From positions 310,001 to 374,000 of the forward strand of contig MNCI01000556.1 of assembly GCA_015680685.1 (NCBI GenBank): a stretch of 64,000 nucleotides of DNA, in the 5' to 3' direction. The notes beneath the pieces were generated by a model. That model made no database searches and was not told the DNA's origin. It saw only the letters and a list, made by a program, of their open reading frames with translations. This stretch comes from Gnetum montanum (lineage: Eukaryota > Plantae > Gnetophyta). Within the stretch, counting starts at the first letter, position 1. Every line of letters begins with the position of its first letter. Both the position numbers and the translations under genes were made by a program. This document shows, one piece after another, positions 51,320-64,000 of this stretch.

Positions 51320-53233
51320 CAATAAACTGAGGAAGGGTAGTAACCACCTCCACCACCTGTGCAAACAATGCAGCTAGGCTCGCAAAACACAGTAGAATAT
51401 ATCCGCGAGCTTCGAGAAATGCTCTTGAGCCAGCAAGAGCAATCTAGCAGAACTGGTGGAGGAGACGATCCTTTGGTATATCGCCCTACCATGAGCCACC
51501 TAGAGAAAGTGGCTCAATCAGTCAACTTTCTTGAAAGGGTAGGGTCGATATTCTGCATCACCTGAGCACCCATTCCAACCAGAACAAACCCAATCATCTA
51601 AGATGTATCCACTGGAACCCAGCAGTTATTCCCTAAAATCTCAGGGAATGTTGCTACTTTAGCGGTACGCTTGGAGGATGGTGAGGGGGCGACGATCCTA
51701 GTGATGCAGTACCAGGGATAGGAAGTTGGGGCGAAGTGGTTGCTAATACAATTGCTATGTTCCTCAATGCAGCGACAACACTTGTACCAAATATTCATGG
51801 ATTACAAGATGTATAGGTGTCTGTCAAAACTTCGCGTAGCAAGATTGATGTAGCCCAACATGAAGAATTGTTGGACCAACTGGTAGGAATCGGGCAACCA
51901 CTTCTGGATGTCTTCGATCTTCTGGAAAACATCACTGCAACCCAGTTAGAGCTACTATCAGCAAGGGGCAAGAGCCTTGGTTTGGAGGGGCAACTAGAAG
52001 TTGCTCAAGCTTCTTATCAGTGCTTGACAATGGAGGTTGCCCAATTAAGAGCCTAGCTTGCTGATCTGGCCATCCTTGACCTCGAAATCACCAGAGATGA
52101 AGCTTTTTCAATAACTTTAGTTTAAATTTAAGGTTTTTGAGGATGAAAGGGAGATGGTGATCCTAGACAAGTCCATAGTAGATGCCCGAGCGTATCATGT
52201 AGAGAAGGACTTGGTGGAGGTTTGCCATGAGAATGTGTAGCTGACTGTAGAAGTTCATCGCCTGTGTAATGTTGGTGTAGAGAACGAGCACATGAAATAT
52301 TTCATCCACCAACAGCAGGAGGAGCTAGCCAGGGTGAACGCAGATATAAGAAGGTTGGCTACTAAAAATCAGAATTTGTCAATGGAGGAGGTTTGGGCAT
52401 TACGACAGAAGTCTGCAATCGAAATTACTGCTTGGAAGAATGAGGCCCTAAAATTTGAAAAAGTCAAAAATCATTATAGGGACCAAGTGGGATTGCAAAA
52501 GGAGGTGAATGAGAAGCACATTCAAGTCGTTAAAGCCTAAATGAACCAAGTGCTCCAGCAGCTCCGAGAAGGAGGCAATGTATGGCCATCCATCTTCGAT
52601 GGATTGAATGCCTATAATAAAGTGGAAATTTGCCTAAAGGAGCTGCAAATTGAAGAAATGACAGAATACATGGAGTTAGCCAACCTTCACCATGCAAACC
52701 TGGCTATGCTCACAGCTAGGAGACCGTGGTTAGAATTAGAAAAATAAGTGGCCGCCTCATATTCCCTATACAAGAGTGAGTTCCAGGCACATAAGGTAAC
52801 CAAAAAGGAACTGGCAATAGCAAACGCGGAACTCGAGGTCCTCTGAACAAGCTTTGAAGGTCAACGTACTATCATGGAAGACCTGGCCCAAAGAATGAAT
52901 GACTACTAGTAGCTGCAGTTATCAATTTGAGCATTCGATATTGAATGCAAGCAGTTCACAGCCTGGTTTGTCAATTTAAAAGAACTCTTTTCAGTGCTTC
53001 CTTTCCCTTGGGAAGTTCCAATTCTAGCACACATTGGAGAAGCTACATGGACCGTGAATGACCCTAGAAGCAAAGAAGAAAAAATGAGGACTCTCTTGGA
53101 GGCTTTTCAGCTACCTCCAAAAGTTGCAGCTACCGCAGGACTTCCGACATCTAGGCTACCACCAACGCATAGGCCAGAGGCTGGAGAAGGACCATCAAAG
53201 CTACCACCCCCAGGGATGGTTGGATCATCTTTA
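51320..53233 (+). pseudogene. ORF3 of B, C-terminal two thirds only
   Basis: YRPTMSHL, ISGNVATL..LEDGEGA, SMEEVWALRQKSAIEITAWKNEA, EYMELANL, LPFPWEVP...WTVNDPRSKEEK, all aligning with A ORF3. Confidence 0.85.
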
Positions 53234-53474
53234 GTAATTTTGTGCATCATCCTACACAGCAGAGTCTCCAGGACCAGCGGAGTGTTCAATTTTGTCTCTG
53301 AACACTGCCATTTTTGTAATTTGTTCCCCTCTGTAACTCGAGCACTTGGTCAAATTTATGTTGCGTCATGTATGTATCATTTATGTGTTAAGTTATGTGT
53401 GTTGCAAATAAGAATCCATACCTTCCAAATTTTAAAGTAACTTGAGGACGAGTTTTTGCTCAGTCGTGGGGGTA

Positions 53475-54399
53475 TGATGAAGTGTCAAAAGTCAATGCGT
53501 CAATTGGGAAGCGTATACGTGGCCACGTCGATGTGGGCTAGTCGACGTAGCCCCCCTACGTTGATGTGGCCCCATTTACGTAGCCACCTTTCCCAGATCT
53601 ATAAATATCAGGGCGTTCCACCTCATTTAGGCATCTTTTGAGTAGTTGTAGTGAAGCTCTTGCAGTTTGTTCCCGCAAGAGATAGAATATTTTCTAAGTG
53701 CTCGCAGCATGTGTAAGAAAAGTGATTGGATATTTATTCGAGCATTGATGTATCTGAGCCCATTGGCATGATGGCAATAAAGACGAACTATTCAAGCATA
53801 CCTTGCAGCATTTGGACTTAGTTGTTTCATGCATTTAATAGTTTAAAATGTTTATGCTTTATTAATTACTTGTTAATGCTTTATTAGTTACTTGTTGATT
53901 ATTTACATTTTTATTATTATAATTTCAATCGTTATTGTTCATTCATAGTTCATTAAATCCATAAGTATGACCATCTCGAACGTAATCCAAACACTTGGTG
54001 AGCCCAGCGATGCTTAACGTCTGGTAATCCAGTAGTGTTAGGAAATGCTCAGGACGTGCTTTGAAGATGGGACCGGATACTTATGCTAGGAGTAGTTAGA
54101 ATATATTCTAGGGTAATTAGAGATTAGATTATAGTTTATTCCTTAACTTCCATACTTTAATTAGTCACCAAAAAAGATAATTAAAAAGATATAAAAATCA
54201 TTAACCTTAGTCTCACTTAACCAATGTAAACAGAGCTTCACAAGTGAGATTAGGATGACAACGACTACTCTAACCCAAGGTTTCACTAGTTAGAAGTCTG
54301 GTGTATGTTAAGTGCTTACAGTCTGTGGATTTCAACTGAGTCACACGTGAATGCTCATGATTCATATGGTTGGGTGTAGGGATACCTAGCCACTCATCA
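53475..54399 (+). repeat. 3' LTR of B (925 bp)
   Basis: Preceded by cagtcgtgggggta; followed by TSD CTTGA. Confidence 0.95.
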
Positions 54400-54404
54400 C
54401 TTGA

Positions 54405-55700
54405 TGTAGCAATGGATAATACTATTCACTATTACATAGGTATCCAAGCCATGGGTTTTTGCTAAGGGAATATCTTAGGCACATTGTAGATGGGTTGTGG
54501 AGAAAAACTAGAGAGACTCTTGGGGTTTACGCCCAAGTCAAGTTATCAAAAATGATTTCCCATTACATTCAAAGACTAATTAACCAAGTAGCAAAGGAGG
54601 AAGGTGAGCTAAGAAAAAAGGAATCAACTAAAGAGTACAATAGAGATCCATCAATTAGAAAGAGAGATGCACAAGTTTGTGATACACAGGAGGAGGAAAC
54701 CTTGGATTAGGTTATACAAAAAATGACTCTACCAATCCATAAATCTGTAAGTGACATTACAATCAAAGTAGAGAAAATCTGGAATTCTATTGATAAAAAA
54801 TTTACAATTGCATTAAAGATTATGGAGAAAAGAATTGAGCAAGCCTTTGAAAAAAGCAAGGAAAAGAAGAAAAATAAAGATTTTGGATGGAAAGGAAAAG
54901 TTGCATTAGTGGCTGAGTGCTTAGATACTAGCTTCAAAGATGAGGAAGGTTGAACTATGTGTTAGTACAAAAATCCTAAGGGATGTTGTCCAATCATGGC
55001 ACAACTACAAGAGATGGGAACATATGCACTCAATCCCAAATTTGTTAAGAGGCAGATGTCCAAATGGTTACTGTATCCTCAAGGTAACTACCAACAGAAC
55101 CTCAAACCAATGTATTATCCTAGTGGAGCTTTGCTATAGCTACAAGAGCATTATTATTAGCAGTGAAACAACCTCAATCATGGGCCATGCCACCACTTTG
55201 TTAATAATATTCATATAGACAACCAAATCTGTATGGATAGTTCATCCAATGTCTATTATCACCTATTCATGCAATTGTTCAAACCCCATAGTACTATCTA
55301 GTATAATACCATAGATCGATTCCACCAAGGACTAATCCAAACTCATATGTGCATCCACCAATGGCTAATCATCTTACCCAACACCTAAATCCTCTACCAC
55401 TAGTGCCACCTCCTATTATGTAGGGGGAAATATCATCACAATCATGGTAAAAGAGTTCTTCTAGAGTAGTTAATATGCATGTGGGAATGGTCATCGATGA
55501 GTCTCAACACCAAAAAAGATCATTCTTTAAAAAAAGTTTAGAAAAGACTTAGAGGATTGGGATGATGGATAATTCCACCCCATATACATCAAGTCCTTTT
55601 CAATGTAGCAAGCTTTTGACTTAATCAAGTTTGAATGTCACAACTGTCATGCTCACTCAAACCATAACTCATTGGATCAAGGTAGGGGCTCTCCCACAGA
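54405..55700 (+). pseudogene. gag: gag of C, 3' part
   Basis: Resumes DVAMD..YSLLHR; HIVDGLWRKTRETLGVYAQ; VAKEEGELRKKES. Confidence 0.85.
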
Positions 55701-55739
55701 AGAAAAATGATCCAACAAGTCCCCTATTTTATCTCCAAG

Positions 55740-58700
55740 TAGCAAGACAAAAATCATGCAAAGTAATACTGGATTCTAGGTCTGTAGTGAACCTGATATC
55801 TCAAGACATGTACCAAGCCTATAACCCATCACCACTAATGAAGAGTAGCATTTTCTTAGAGCTTGTGGACCAGTCAATCATAGTCTCACTTAGATAAGTA
55901 GATGATGTGATTACTACCATCAGTGGCTAGTCATACCTTGTTGATTTTCTAGTTATACACATGTGGAAAAATAATGGAGAATTCCTAATTATCATGGAAA
56001 GAACTTTGCTTAGCACTGTGGATGCTAAGCTTGGAATTTGTGATTTGTCCTTGGAAATTTCCAAGGAGGATAAGGCCAAAATCATACAAAGATGAAGAGT
56101 TTCTTACATATAGTGATAATGGGTGCAATTGAATGCAAAGAATTTAATCAATTAAATAAGAGGAGACAAGGGCATGTAATAGATGTGTTGAAAAAAATGT
56201 TTGCAAAATTATCTATATGTAGTAACCACCCAATAAGAGGGCACCCAGCCACTAATTACAAGTGAAGAAACTTAATCTGACAAGTACATGGAACTTGAAG
56301 AATAAATGATCAATACCTATGTTACAAAAACTAATAAGTTAGAATGGCTAAGGAAAGCACATTCCTACCCTCGAAACAATAAGGAAGAAGAAACAAATTG
56401 GGGACACTTGGAGAACCCAAACATAATGGAACTAGAACCACTAGAATTGAAAGCCCTACTAGCAACATTAGAATATGCATTTCTAAACAACAAGAAGCCA
56501 GTAATTATCAATGCCAACCTAGACAAAGAGGAAAAAAGGAAACTACATGAAGTGCTTAATAGATGGCCTACAACATTTGTGTGGTCTTATGATGAGATCA
56601 TAGGAATTGATTGAAAAATTTGTCAATACCAAATCTATACTGATCTTGTAGTCAAACCAAAATGCCAATATGAACGAAGCCTCAATCCTAAAGTCAAGGA
56701 AGTAGTCAAGCAAAAATTGGAAAATTTACTGAAGGTAAGATTTATCTATCCTATTATAGATAGTGAATGGATTAGTTCTCTAGTGATAGTTCCAAGGAAG
56801 GAAGGTAAATGGTGCATCTGCATTAACTTCTAAATGTTGAACTTAGCCACATTCAAGGATTACTTCTCACTATCGTTTGTTGATCAAGTCCTAGACATAA
56901 TTTTAGGACATCAGTGTTATAGTTTTCTAGATGGGTATAGTGGATATAATCAAATCTACATTACACCTAAAGACCAAGAGAAAACCACATTCACTAGTCC
57001 ATGGGGAATGTTTGCTCATAGAAAGATGCCTTTTAGTCTTTATAGTGCACTAGCAACCTTCAGAAAACTAATTTTAAGTATCTTCCACAAGTAGATAGGC
57101 AATTTTGTTAAAGTTTTTATGAATGATTTTTTCATGTATGAGCTAGATTTCACATAATCACTAGACCAGTTGGAGCAAGTACTTAAGAGATGTGTTGAAA
57201 CTAATCTAATGCTTAATTGGTAGAAGAGCTATCTCATGATTTAGGAAGGCATAGTGCTAGGACATAAAATCCCCTAGAAGGATATAGAGGTAGATCTCGA
57301 AAAGATCAGAGTTATCTAAAATATCACTCAATAGCCACTGACAGTGAAAGATGTAAGATCCTTTTTAGGCCATATGGAATACTATAGGAGATTTATTAAA
57401 AGCTTTTTAAAGATAGCCAAATTTCTTATAGAATTCACATAGAAGGATGCATCCTTTGAGTGGACTGAGTCATGTGAAAAGGCATTTCAAGATTTGAAGT
57501 AGAAATTAGTAGAAACACAAATCCTCCAAGCTTCCCATTGGTCAAGACCTTTTCATATCATGATAGATGCTTCCAACTATGTGCTTGGTGTAGTACTGAC
57601 ACAACTTGATGATTAGAAGAGATCATACTACATAGACTATGCTAATAGGAGCATCATTGAAGCATAATTAAATTACATCATAACTAAAAAGGAGTTAATG
57701 ACCATGGTGTACACACTTGAATAATCTATACATTATGTACTTGGTTACCAAATCTATGTTGACATCGATCATAGTGCCATTTGATTTCTTATGAACAAGC
57801 CAATAGTTAGTCCCAGAGTAATAAGATGACTTGTGATTCTTCAAGAGTTTGGCATCATAATGATTGATAAGAAAGAAACAAAAAATGTACTAGTTGACCA
57901 TTTATCAAGGTTGAAATGGGATTTAGAAAATTGAGAAAAACCTTTATCAGACCAATTTCCCAAAGCAGATCTATTTACTAGAATAGTTAAGGCTATAGAT
58001 TCAACAAGAAAGCTATGGACTGTAGAGTACCTAACTTATCTCATAATACAAGTGCTTCCTGCTGAATGGAATAGGAAACAATGTGGGAAAATTCTTCACA
58101 AAGCCAAATGGTACATGGAAATCAATGGTAATTTGCACAAGACCTATGTAGATGGGCTTGTTAGATGGTGTGTGTAAGATTGTAACTAATAAAGAGTTTT
58201 ACAAGTTGTCCATGAAGGTCCATGTGGTGGCCACTATGTAAGACACAGAATGACACTCAAACTATTGATGGCAAGCTACTTTTGTCCTACTTTATTCAAG
58301 GACATCTATAATTTTGCACAATCTTATGAATGTTGCCAAAGGGATGGAGGAATTATGGCCAAATATGAAGGGCCACAACATTGGATATAACCATTGGAGC
58401 CTTTTGATATTTGGGGAATTGATTTTATGAGGTTGATTCAACCAATGTCAAATAGAAAAGTGTATATTATTGTTACTATGGATTACTACAAAAAGAGGGA
58501 AAAGGCAGCAATAGTTGAAGATTGTACAACAAAGACAATTGCCAAATTTTTCCAACAATACATGGTGAATAGATTTGGAGTACCAAGAATGCTTCACTAG
58601 TTGTACCCTTAAGAAACTTATGCAACAAGTTGGGGTTAATCATAAGCTAAGAACACCATATCATCTCCAAGGAAATGATCAAGATGAAGTCACTAATCAT

Positions 58701-59240
58701 GAAATTACTAGAATTTTCACTAGGAAAATTAGTAGGTCTAGATGGGATTGGAATGCTAAATGAAATGATGCTCTATGGGCCTATAGGAAATCATGGAAAC
58801 TACCTATAGGATATACACCATATGAGTTGGTTTATGGCAAGTTGCCAAAACTTCCAATGCAAGTAGAGCTTCAGAATTTAGCTACTGTTAGTAAACCCAA
58901 TCTTAATCTAAGTTTATCCTAGAAGGAACATCTAATGAACTTGAATCTTCTAGATGAGAATAAGCTAGTAGCACTTATGGGTAGTGAAGTCCATAAGCAT
59001 TACTCCAAACTTAGGCATGATTCACGAATAAGGAATATAACCATACAACTAGGTGATAGGGTCCTTTATTATAGTCCTAGTCATTTATTCCAAAAATCTA
59101 AATTTTAGATAGTTTCTAAGGGACCATACATTATGCATGTTACTCATCCATCTTGTGCCTTACATATCCATCACCCATCTAGTTCACATAAGCTTATCCT
59201 TGTCAATATCCAACAAGTCAAACCATATTACAAATACTCC
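55740..59240 (+). pseudogene. pol: pol of C (PR, RT, RH, INT), decayed
   Basis: VILDSRSVVNLI; FLDGYSGYNQI; EPFDIWGIDFM; TPYHLQGN; collinear with B pol. Confidence 0.92.
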
Positions 59241-60809
59241 AAGAAATATACCCAACCTAACCATTAGTCTTCTACTTGTTCTATCTTCCATTTACCTGAT
59301 CTTAATAATAGTCATGGGGGAGTCAATTTAGAGCCATAGGTACATTACTGAATTGTTCATTTTCTTTTCATTTTTTATATTCCTTAATGTTTTCTTATTC
59401 TTTGCTACTCTTCATTTCTTAAATTTTTGACATTATTTCATATATCTTTTTATTCTTTGACATTTTCCATTCTTTTTACATTTTTCATTCTTTTCACATT
59501 TTTCATTTCTTTCATACTTTGTTTTCAAACATTTTGTAAATAATTTCAATTAATAATAAGACACATTGAATAAAGGCAAGATGTAGTCAGATAAGGTGAA
59601 GAATCCTCTATGATATCAAGTCATAAGGGACTAATTATTTGAATAGTAAGCCCACATCATCCATCCATCCATCCATTCCATTAATACAAGGTTCTTACCA
59701 CAACCATAATGATATTCTTTTTCATCATAAAACTAAGAAAAAACCTGTGATCATTATGCCTAGACTAAAAACTAAAGAACTAAGAGGGAATGTAATGAAT
59801 GTGACATCAAGGGGATTTGTGGATTCTTTTGGATTATTGTTGTGAGTTCTATCATGTTGCTATGCTTGTATTATATCCTTGTAGATCTAATGAAAAATGG
59901 GACTAAGAATAAAATAAGTGCTACCTTGAAAGGTTGACATAGACATAAAATAAAAGTGCACATAATAAATTTATGGGGGTCTCATTGGAAAGACATGTTA
60001 CCTATGCCTAAAGGTAGGCATCTTCATAGAAATCTAGAAAATAAACAAAGTGCCATGAATAAACTCTTTCCTTGGATAATACACCAAGTGATGGTACTCC
60101 TTGCATCATTAATAGTCTTATGATTGTACTTCCAAGAGATGAAATGATGCAATGTCACTAGAATGTGGTTTGGGCTCATTTTGAATCTTGGATAAAAAGG
60201 TTAGTGATTACTTTAACCATTAATAAATCATAAGAATTTATTATGCCTATGGTAAGATACCTTGTGTTCCAATTTCTACAATCCATTCTAAGTCCACTTA
60301 ATCTCATTGTTAGAATAGTCATGACTTGTCATTTTGTATAACATAGTGTTATTTTTCCAATTTGGTAGTACTACCATATGTATTTTGCTAAATAGGTATG
60401 CATTACATTGAAATTCTTAAGTACCTAAGGATATTTTAAGTGTGGTTATACAAGGGCATTAAGGGCTGGAGCTTGCTTTGGGGAGGACCCACTTGTGTAA
60501 ATATTGTAGCTTATACATGCTAAGTACTTCCACATCATCTTGAACCTTCCAGCATTAATAGACGTCAATAAACACTTCCCATATCATTTAAATTATCCGT
60601 TCTCACAACATGAATCCATTATCCTTCTTACCCATCTTATGAACCTTTTTAGCCTAAGATTCCTTTTCTATAAACCTTCAATGATAAAGTTTTGACTAAA
60701 ATATGTATATCTCCATCATCCAAACCCTCTGGGAAACCTTAAAACCTTCCAAACATTCAAAAGAATCAAAATTTTTCATTAGACCTTTATGAAAAATGAA
60801 ATTTATTAG

Positions 60810-60892
60810 GCTCCAATATTAGGTCCTCAATATCGAATCTCTAATGTCGAGTCCCTATTATTGGGTCATACAAAACTTGTATATACATGGGG
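60810..60892 (+). promoter_or_regulatory. Putative internal promoter of C ORF3
   Basis: ccaatattagg, ctcaatatcga, ctaatgtcga, ctattattggg followed by TATA-like gtatatac; mirrors cctcaatattagg/gatatcg motifs in the C LTR U3. Confidence 0.5.
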
Positions 60893-61487
60893 ACTTAGCC
60901 AATTTCCTCATCAGTTTTCATTTGCACACAAGGGAGATATTTCAAATTATCTTTTTTGATTTGAGCTCTGACCTCATAGCTTTCCCAAGCCATAACTTAA
61001 CCGTTATCACTTTGATTTTCATGATTTTTAAACCTATTTGATCATGAAGTACATATCTTAGTTGTATGTGTGTGGGGCAGGGGTGGCGGGTGCAGGGCAG
61101 GTGTAGGGCAAGGGGTGTAGGGAAAGGGGCTAGTAAGGAAAATTTGAGCCAATTTTTTGAAAAATTATAATGCCTAGAATGTATTTTAAGCATAAGCTAG
61201 AAGTGAATTTTAAAAGTTGCTAATAAGAATCAATCATATTAAAGCTAGAACACTCAAATAGTGCTCTTAAGGAACCATAACCAATCATAATGAGGTATAC
61301 ATAAAACCAAAATAGATAACTTTGAGGAGTCATAAAAGGATTAACACTTATGAGGTAACTTTTTGAATTTTATCTAACTCTAGAATCATACACTAAGAAT
61401 TTAATGTGACTAATGGTAAGAGTAAGATATGGAACCATTAAGAGTAAATACAAATACCTTAGTAATTTTAATCCTTAATGATTGCAG

Positions 61488-64000
61488 ATGATCTTAAAAA
61501 GAGAAGCACAAGGAGGACCCTCACAAGGTGCAAGTAAATGACCAAGAGGCCAAGGTAGAGGCTAAATTAGAGGAGAAGAACGAGAATAAGAGGAGCAGGA
61601 AGTGCAATCATTTAGCATTCATCAAGAGTCTCCTACTATAGGACAATCAACCCAACGAGAGATAGAAGAACCACAAGTGCAAGGACAACCCCTCACATTA
61701 TCATAAGATTTCCTCTAAGCTATTTATAAGAGATCCATCTTGACCATAGTTATTATGGAAATGAACTTTAGCCCGTTCATGGAATTTTTCCCTGAAGTGG
61801 TAAGGACACAACTCCAAGCATCATCGCTATGGCCTACACTCTCATAAAATGGTGAATGATACCTTGGGGAAACCTACCAATTCTGGCACAAAAAGTAAGA
61901 GGGTACCACTATCAACATTGGAGGACTCTTAGTTTCATTCTCAATCAAGGAAATAGTAAAAGCTTTGAATATACCCAATGAAGGCCCAAGGTTAGCACAA
62001 CTATCCATGCAATCAGATCCTGAAATCAAAAAACTATGGTTGAAATAGGCATATGATAAAGAAGATAAGGATTATAATGAGCTAACTCTAGAAGAAAGAA
62101 TCTACATCAAAATTGGAACCTATCATCTTTTTCCAACAAAAGGAATCAATCCACTATCTAGTTATGTGGCTAGAGGAAGTGTGACCCTGATGGGCAAATA
62201 TAATGCCAACCTTGCACAACTTTACTTTATGGAAATTTAGAGGTGGTTTGAAAAAAGAAAGGTAGGCAAGCCAACACTACCATTCCCTTGCCTATTAGAA
62301 ATCTATGCAAGCAAGCCAGAATCCTAGGATACACCAATGACATTTTCAAGAGAGCTCAAAATGCTTCATATGCTGAATTGCTCAAACTAGCATCACCTAG
62401 AAAAGATCATGGTGAAGAGCAATAACAGGAGCAAGAATAATAGTAGAAGCAATAATAGCAAGAACAATAATAGTAGCAACAAGAATGGAAACAATAGCAA
62501 TTTCCACCACCATTGCCATAAGATTGTGGGTTGTCGATGAGTCATCTGCAACAAATTGTAGAAACCATTAGCTGGGGAACAAAGAAGAAGGCTAATCTTT
62601 ACAAAATTATTGATAGTTCCATCCAACCCATAGTTTTAGTGGATCCTAGAAGTGGACAGATCCCACTACATTTAAGGAAAAAGGTCCAATGATCACAATA
62701 AATCTCTAGGAACACTGCAACATTCCAAGTGGTGCTTGAGACTATAGAGGGAGCCACACTTGTGGAAATGAAGCACCAAGATTCATTTGGAGTAGCAGAG
62801 GTGATTACTAATCATATCAAAAAATATTTCAATGTACCTATTATGCCACTGGCAAATTTAACTAGAGCTAGAGATGCTCAAATGTTAGTTAGAACTCCAA
62901 TCACTCTTGCTGGCAATGAGGATGTGCTTGAGAGACTATTGCAAACTAGGCAAGTCATGAAAACACTCTTCAACATCCCAAATGATGTCAATGTAGTACA
63001 GTATAAGCTTATTGCTACTAAAGGAAAAATTGTCATGGTAGAGACAAGGGAAGAACATGCAAAGAATGAAAATTTGAAATTACAAGAAGAGCTCATAGCC
63101 CTAAGAGCTAAATGAAGAGATCCCATATAAATTATTACACTTGACCAAATAGAGTAGTTCAAGATATAATAGATGAATCATTTAATTAAGTAGAATAAAT
63201 AGATGGTAACAAAGAAGGAGAAAGTATTATGGAATGCCTCCATAGTAGAAGCACAAATGTATACACATGTTAAGATACTTACCATAGTTCAAGAGGAAAA
63301 TAAATAACTTGCTACTAATAATATGAAGTTGATCATTGTGGAAAAGTAAAAAAACATCCTAGAGGAGAGCATCCACCAATTAAGGAAATAATTGGTGAGG
63401 ATTAACCAATGCATGAGTTTCCTTGAAAGAGAAAATAGAATCCTCTTACTGGAGAAGGTACACGTCATTCGATAAAAGTCAGCCTTTGAAATAAGTGCAT
63501 GGCAAAATGAGATAAAGAAACATGAAAGGCTCGAGGAACACTTCCATGATTAGGTGGGCATGTACAAGCCAAAACTAGCACCATTTTAGCACAAAATCTT
63601 AACTAGAAACCCATTCTATATAATTACACCCTTGTCCATCAAGCGAAAGTAAAAAACAAAGACCTGAAAGAGTAAATGGGGTTAGCTAACCTCCATTATG
63701 CGAACTTGGCCATGTTAACAATAGGAAGGCCCATGAATGAACTAGAACATCAAGTAGCAGTCACATATGCTCTATATGAAAAAGAGCATATGGATCATAA
63801 AGATGCTTTATAGAAAATCCAAGTGGCAAACTCTAAACTAGCAGTGGTGAAGGTTGGTTGCCAAGGGTAGAAATATGTAGTAGCAAACCTAGCCAAAAGA
63901 TTGACTGATTATCATGAACTATGAAAAACGATGAGAGCATTTGAAGAGAAGAGGAGGTAGTTCATAGCTTGGTATGTTAAGGAAAATCAGATGTTTCCAC
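61488..64000 (+). pseudogene. ORF3 of C, truncated by the window end
   Basis: gattgcag|ATG at 61488; YLGETYQFWH, KIGTYHLFPTKG, LPFPCLL, VLETIEGATLVEMKHQ, coiled coil. Confidence 0.85.

Larger units (their letters stand above)
43811..54399 (+). mobile_element. Element B: Athila-like LTR retrotransposon with gag-pol and 5'-truncated ORF3, nested in C gag
   Basis: LTRs TGATGAAGTG...CTCATCA, TSD CTTGA (43806-43810 and 54400-54404), PBS tggtgccattgctgggga at 44382, PPT before 53475. Confidence 0.96.
40412..64000 (+). mobile_element. Element C: tandem (extra upstream LTR) autonomous-type Athila-like element with gag, pol and ORF3; hosts B; runs off the window end
   Basis: Two homologous LTR copies (40412-~41250, 41476-42390), PBS at 42392, gag split by B, PR/RT/RH/INT remnants, ORF3 from 61488. 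Confidence 0.88.

Noticed and set aside
60005-60022. Perfect hairpin atgccta-aagg-taggcat in the C spacer
   Set aside because: Pairing is not preserved in the homologous A and D sequences

Overview
AT-rich, heavily C->T-eroded eukaryotic DNA, most consistent with a large land-plant genome; the species cannot be determined. It has one assembly gap (20923-21370) and no intact host gene. Most of the window is a nested cluster of Athila-type Ty3/gypsy LTR retrotransposons (TGATG...CATCA LTRs, tRNA-Asp PBS, CX2CX3HX4C gag knuckle). Element D: minus strand, <1-8579, pol-less. Solo or collapsed LTR: 20721-21483, TSD GTTTT. Element A: 22523-31117, TSD ATTTC, pol-less. Element E: minus strand, 36233-40411. 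Tandem element C: 40412->64000, inserted in E. Element B: 43811-54399, TSD CTTGA, inserted in the gag of C. Older remnants include a Copia RT fragment, a tRNA-Met-primed LTR element, an Ogre/Tat-like gag-protease and a tRNA-derived SINE; there is also a CpG-rich island with small tandem duplications. The most interesting signal is a third ORF (ORF3) in every Athila-like copy, about 910 aa where complete (5'-truncated in B). It has a basic NLS-like N-terminus, the Athila env-like domain and a long coiled coil, with no obvious transmembrane segment. In A, C and D it follows an internal TATA cassette whose palindromic motif array matches the U3 array of that same element's LTR, plus a splice acceptor abutting the ATG. 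This suggests a subfamily-specific regulatory module (transactivator or anti-silencing factor plus cognate sites) rather than an envelope; that functional reading is inference.
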